UHGV virus genome: UHGV-0131161
Strand: one strand, 5' to 3'
DNA: 14,011 bases
Origin: a virus
Part shown: piece by piece, positions 13,566 to 14,011 of the stretch
How the letters are laid out: each line of letters starts with the position of its first letter
How positions within the stretch are numbered: position 1 is the first letter of the stretch
Notes under the pieces: generated by a model
The model's database searches: none
What the model saw: only the letters and a program-made list of their open reading frames with translations
What the model was told of the DNA's origin: nothing
Translations under genes and position numbers: made by a program

Positions 13566-14011
13566 GCTGCACCATCACCTTTCACTTTCATCAATGTCAG
13601 GTTTCCGCAAAATACGGCTCCAGTGTCGATATAATGCTGATTCCAGAATGTCTTCGGGCTTTTCACCGGGGTATGACCAAAGATAAAACGATCTGCTCCC
13701 GAAATTTCGCCACCAATATCATCCATCGAATCACTGATACGCTCGCGCGCCCAGACAACATTGAAAAGCGGTACCTCCTTACCGAATTGATATTCATTAT
13801 CCGGATAGTCGGCATGGGCTATAACAATAGTTTCTCGCCCGGTGTTCAGCTCAATGATATAGGGCAGACGTCTTACCAGCTCCACCAGCGCCCTGGCTAA
13901 TATTTCCTGATCAGTGTCGAGCATGAAGAACCATTGTCCGCCATTCATTAGCCAGTTATTCACGTTGCCATCGGGGCTTAACGCATCAATCATCAGCCGC
14001 TCATGGTTGCC
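13562..14011 (-). CDS. Lambda-type Ser/Thr protein phosphatase (calcineurin-like metallophosphatase), partial; N-terminus beyond window end (P1 ppp-like)
   Basis: Frame stays open to the window edge. Contains GNHE at the edge (revcomp of 13994-14011 gives GNHERL), plus GHTP and IDTGA motifs typical of PPP-family metallophosphatases. Confidence 0.85.
   Translation of the reverse strand, partial: GNHERLMIDALSPDGNVNNWLMNGGQWFFMLDTDQEILARALVELVRRLPYIIELNTGRETIVIAHADYPDNEYQFGKEVPLFNVVWARERISDSMDDIGGEISGADRFIFGHTPVKSPKTFWNQHYIDTGAVFCGNLTLMKVKGDGAA

Noticed and set aside
12784-13900. ORFs 12784..12996(+), 13170..13418(+) and 13634..13900(+)
   Set aside because: Antisense to the transferase-like and phosphatase genes, which carry recognisable motifs.
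1-14011. CRISPR arrays, tRNA/rRNA genes, IS elements, integrase/att sites and the P1 pac hexamer cluster (TGATCA/G repeats)
   Set aside because: No regularly spaced repeats, no tRNA-like structures, no transposase-like ORF or terminal inverted repeats, and no cluster of TGATC(A/G) hexamers were seen.

Overview
The window reads as a P1-family (phage-plasmid) segment, with almost every gene on the minus strand. Working from sequence alone, I recognise the P1 addiction/SOS block with high confidence: a CTGT-N8-ACAG LexA box in front of a UmuD'-like gene (humD), then phd and doc with 1-nt stop/start overlap, preceded by a HolE/theta homolog (hot). At the right end sit a lambda-type Ser/Thr metallophosphatase (partial, ppp-like), a DxD transferase-like gene, a 420-aa coiled-coil protein and a HAD-type phosphatase (pap-like). 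Three close matches to the P1 C1 operator consensus (ATTGCTCTAATAAATTT, recalled from memory) are present. Between the HAD phosphatase and hot lies a ~7 kb, tightly coupled minus-strand gene train (10621 down to 3683) carrying lambdoid-style cargo: two Ea22-like paralogs, a DUF551 protein, an ASCH-like protein, three short hydrophobic peptide ORFs that the ORF track missed, and a terminal five-gene block with two membrane proteins. That terminal block is my best candidate for an uncharacterised system, but I cannot assign it a function without homology searches. The 8-mer GCTGGTGG (Chi) occurs 11 times on the minus strand against once on the plus strand. No tRNA, rRNA, CRISPR array or IS element was seen. 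All family assignments rest on recalled motifs and need database confirmation.
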